From NCBI GenBank assembly GCA_043716775.1, contig JAYSYB010000045.1, forward strand, positions 1 through 58,986: a DNA stretch of 58,986 bases. Direction: 5' to 3'. The notes beneath the pieces are model-generated. The model searched no databases. It had not been told where the DNA came from and saw only the letters and a list, made by a program, of their open reading frames with translations. Position 1 is the first letter of the stretch; every line of letters begins with the position of its first letter. The DNA comes from Rubrivivax sp. (GTDB lineage Bacteria; Pseudomonadota; Gammaproteobacteria; Burkholderiales; Burkholderiaceae_C). A program made the position numbers and the translations under genes. Of this stretch, positions 57,841 to 58,986 are shown piece after piece.

Positions 57841-58941
57841 GTGAACCGGGCGTTTTCGATCTACCTCGACCTGGTGCGGTTCGTTGCCGCATTCCTGGTC
57901 TACGTCTACCACTCCAACCAGCGCTGGCTGGTGAGTGATGTCTTGCCCATGAGCAACTATGGCCACAGTTCGGTCATCGTCTTCTTCGTGCTGTCGGGCT
58001 TTGTCATCGCGCACATTACCGACAGCAAGGAACGTGACTGGGTCAGCTACAGCGCCAGCCGCCTGTCGCGCGTGTATTCGGTGGTGGTGCCCACGGTCGT
58101 GCTAACGCTGCTGCTGGACGCGGTGGGCCGCCAATTGCTGCCCGCAGCGTATGGCGGTTACCCCTTCGACCAGTTCCTGGCTCGCACCGGCGGCAGCCTG
58201 GCGATGGCCAACGAACTCTGGTTCGTGTCGATCACGTCCTTCTCGAACGTGCCCTTCTGGTCCATCACTTACGAGTTCTGGTACTACGTGATGTTTGGTC
58301 TGGTGATGTTCCTGCCGCAGCGAATCGCCGCCGCTGCGGCCATTGCGCTAGCCATATTGCTAGGCCCCAAGATCATGGTGCTGGCGCCGATCTGGGCCGC
58401 TGGCGTGTTGCTCTACCGCTGGAAAGCGTTGCGGACGATGTCGGTGGCCCTGTCGTGGGTGCTGGTGCTGGGGTCCACGGTGTTGATCATCTTGATGCAC
58501 GCGCTGAACCTTCAAGACCGGCTCTCGGACATGCTGAAGGGCGTCATTGGGCTTGAATGGCACAAGCAGCTGACTTTCTCCAAATTTTTTGTCAGCGACT
58601 ACCTGCTCGGGGTGCTGGTGTTTGCCAATTTCGCCGGCATGCTGCGCGTTGCAGAACAACTTGCGGCGCCCCTTGGCGCAATTGAAAAGCCAGTGCGGCT
58701 GCTGGCTGGCTACACCTTCACACTCTATCTTCTGCACCAACCGCTCTTTCTCTTCTGGGGCGCAGTGTGGCGTGGCAACCCGGCAAGCATTGGCCCTTGG
58801 CTGCTGGTGACGGCCTGCGTGGCCGCGTCGATTGCGCTCATCGGCCACTTCACTGAACACCGGCGCCATGCACTGCGCAAGGCAGTCGCCCGGTGGCTCA
58901 TCCGTCTGGCTGGCCCGTTGCCTGAGGTGCGGCGTGCTTGA
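57841..58941 (+). CDS. Acyltransferase-3 family membrane O-acyltransferase
   Basis: LDLVRF.AA, FFVLSG, WSITYE and TFTLYLLH. Confidence 0.87.
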   Translation: MNRAFSIYLDLVRFVAAFLVYVYHSNQRWLVSDVLPMSNYGHSSVIVFFVLSGFVIAHITDSKERDWVSYSASRLSRVYSVVVPTVVLTLLLDAVGRQLLPAAYGGYPFDQFLARTGGSLAMANELWFVSITSFSNVPFWSITYEFWYYVMFGLVMFLPQRIAAAAAIALAILLGPKIMVLAPIWAAGVLLYRWKALRTMSVALSWVLVLGSTVLIILMHALNLQDRLSDMLKGVIGLEWHKQLTFSKFFVSDYLLGVLVFANFAGMLRVAEQLAAPLGAIEKPVRLLAGYTFTLYLLHQPLFLFWGAVWRGNPASIGPWLLVTACVAASIALIGHFTEHRRHALRKAVARWLIRLAGPLPEVRRA

Positions 58942-58986
58942 AAAGCCTTGGCCTTCAGGCACGTGCCTGGTGCTGGGCGTGGACAC

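Noticed and set aside
58938-58986. Possible start of the next gene (TTG overlapping the acyltransferase stop)
   Set aside because: Only 16 codons are visible; too little to support a call.

Overview
High-GC betaproteobacterial DNA, probably Burkholderiales of the Rubrivivax/Ideonella/Aquincola group (inferred from gene content and codon style). It falls into four blocks. (1) 1-9130: acyclic-terpene/branched-chain acyl-CoA catabolism (atuBCDEF plus a BKACE enzyme), divergent from SCP2, a LiuR-like MerR regulator and a thiolase, with a LiuR-type palindrome between them. (2) 9118-11490: an exported protein-repair operon (HtrA-like protease, msrB, msrA) behind a sigma32-like promoter. (3) 11741-14765: the most intriguing part, a RiPP-like protein-modification cassette (PqqD/RRE chaperone, HprK-related kinase, nucleotidyltransferase) headed by an uncharacterised twin-arginine, Ser/Cys-motif protein that may be its substrate. 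It is followed by thrH and a decayed FHA/oxidoreductase chimera. (4) 17157-58941: a large exosortase A / PEP-CTERM / exopolysaccharide locus with prsK-prsR, two prsT genes, one PEP-CTERM gene with sigma54/IHF/enhancer sites, wza, a copolymerase, a BY-kinase, xrtA and many glycosyltransferases and tailoring enzymes. Several gene junctions carry short inserts that read as mini-ORFs overlapping both neighbours. No rRNA, tRNA, CRISPR array or transposase was seen. All calls rest on motif recognition by eye; no searches were run.
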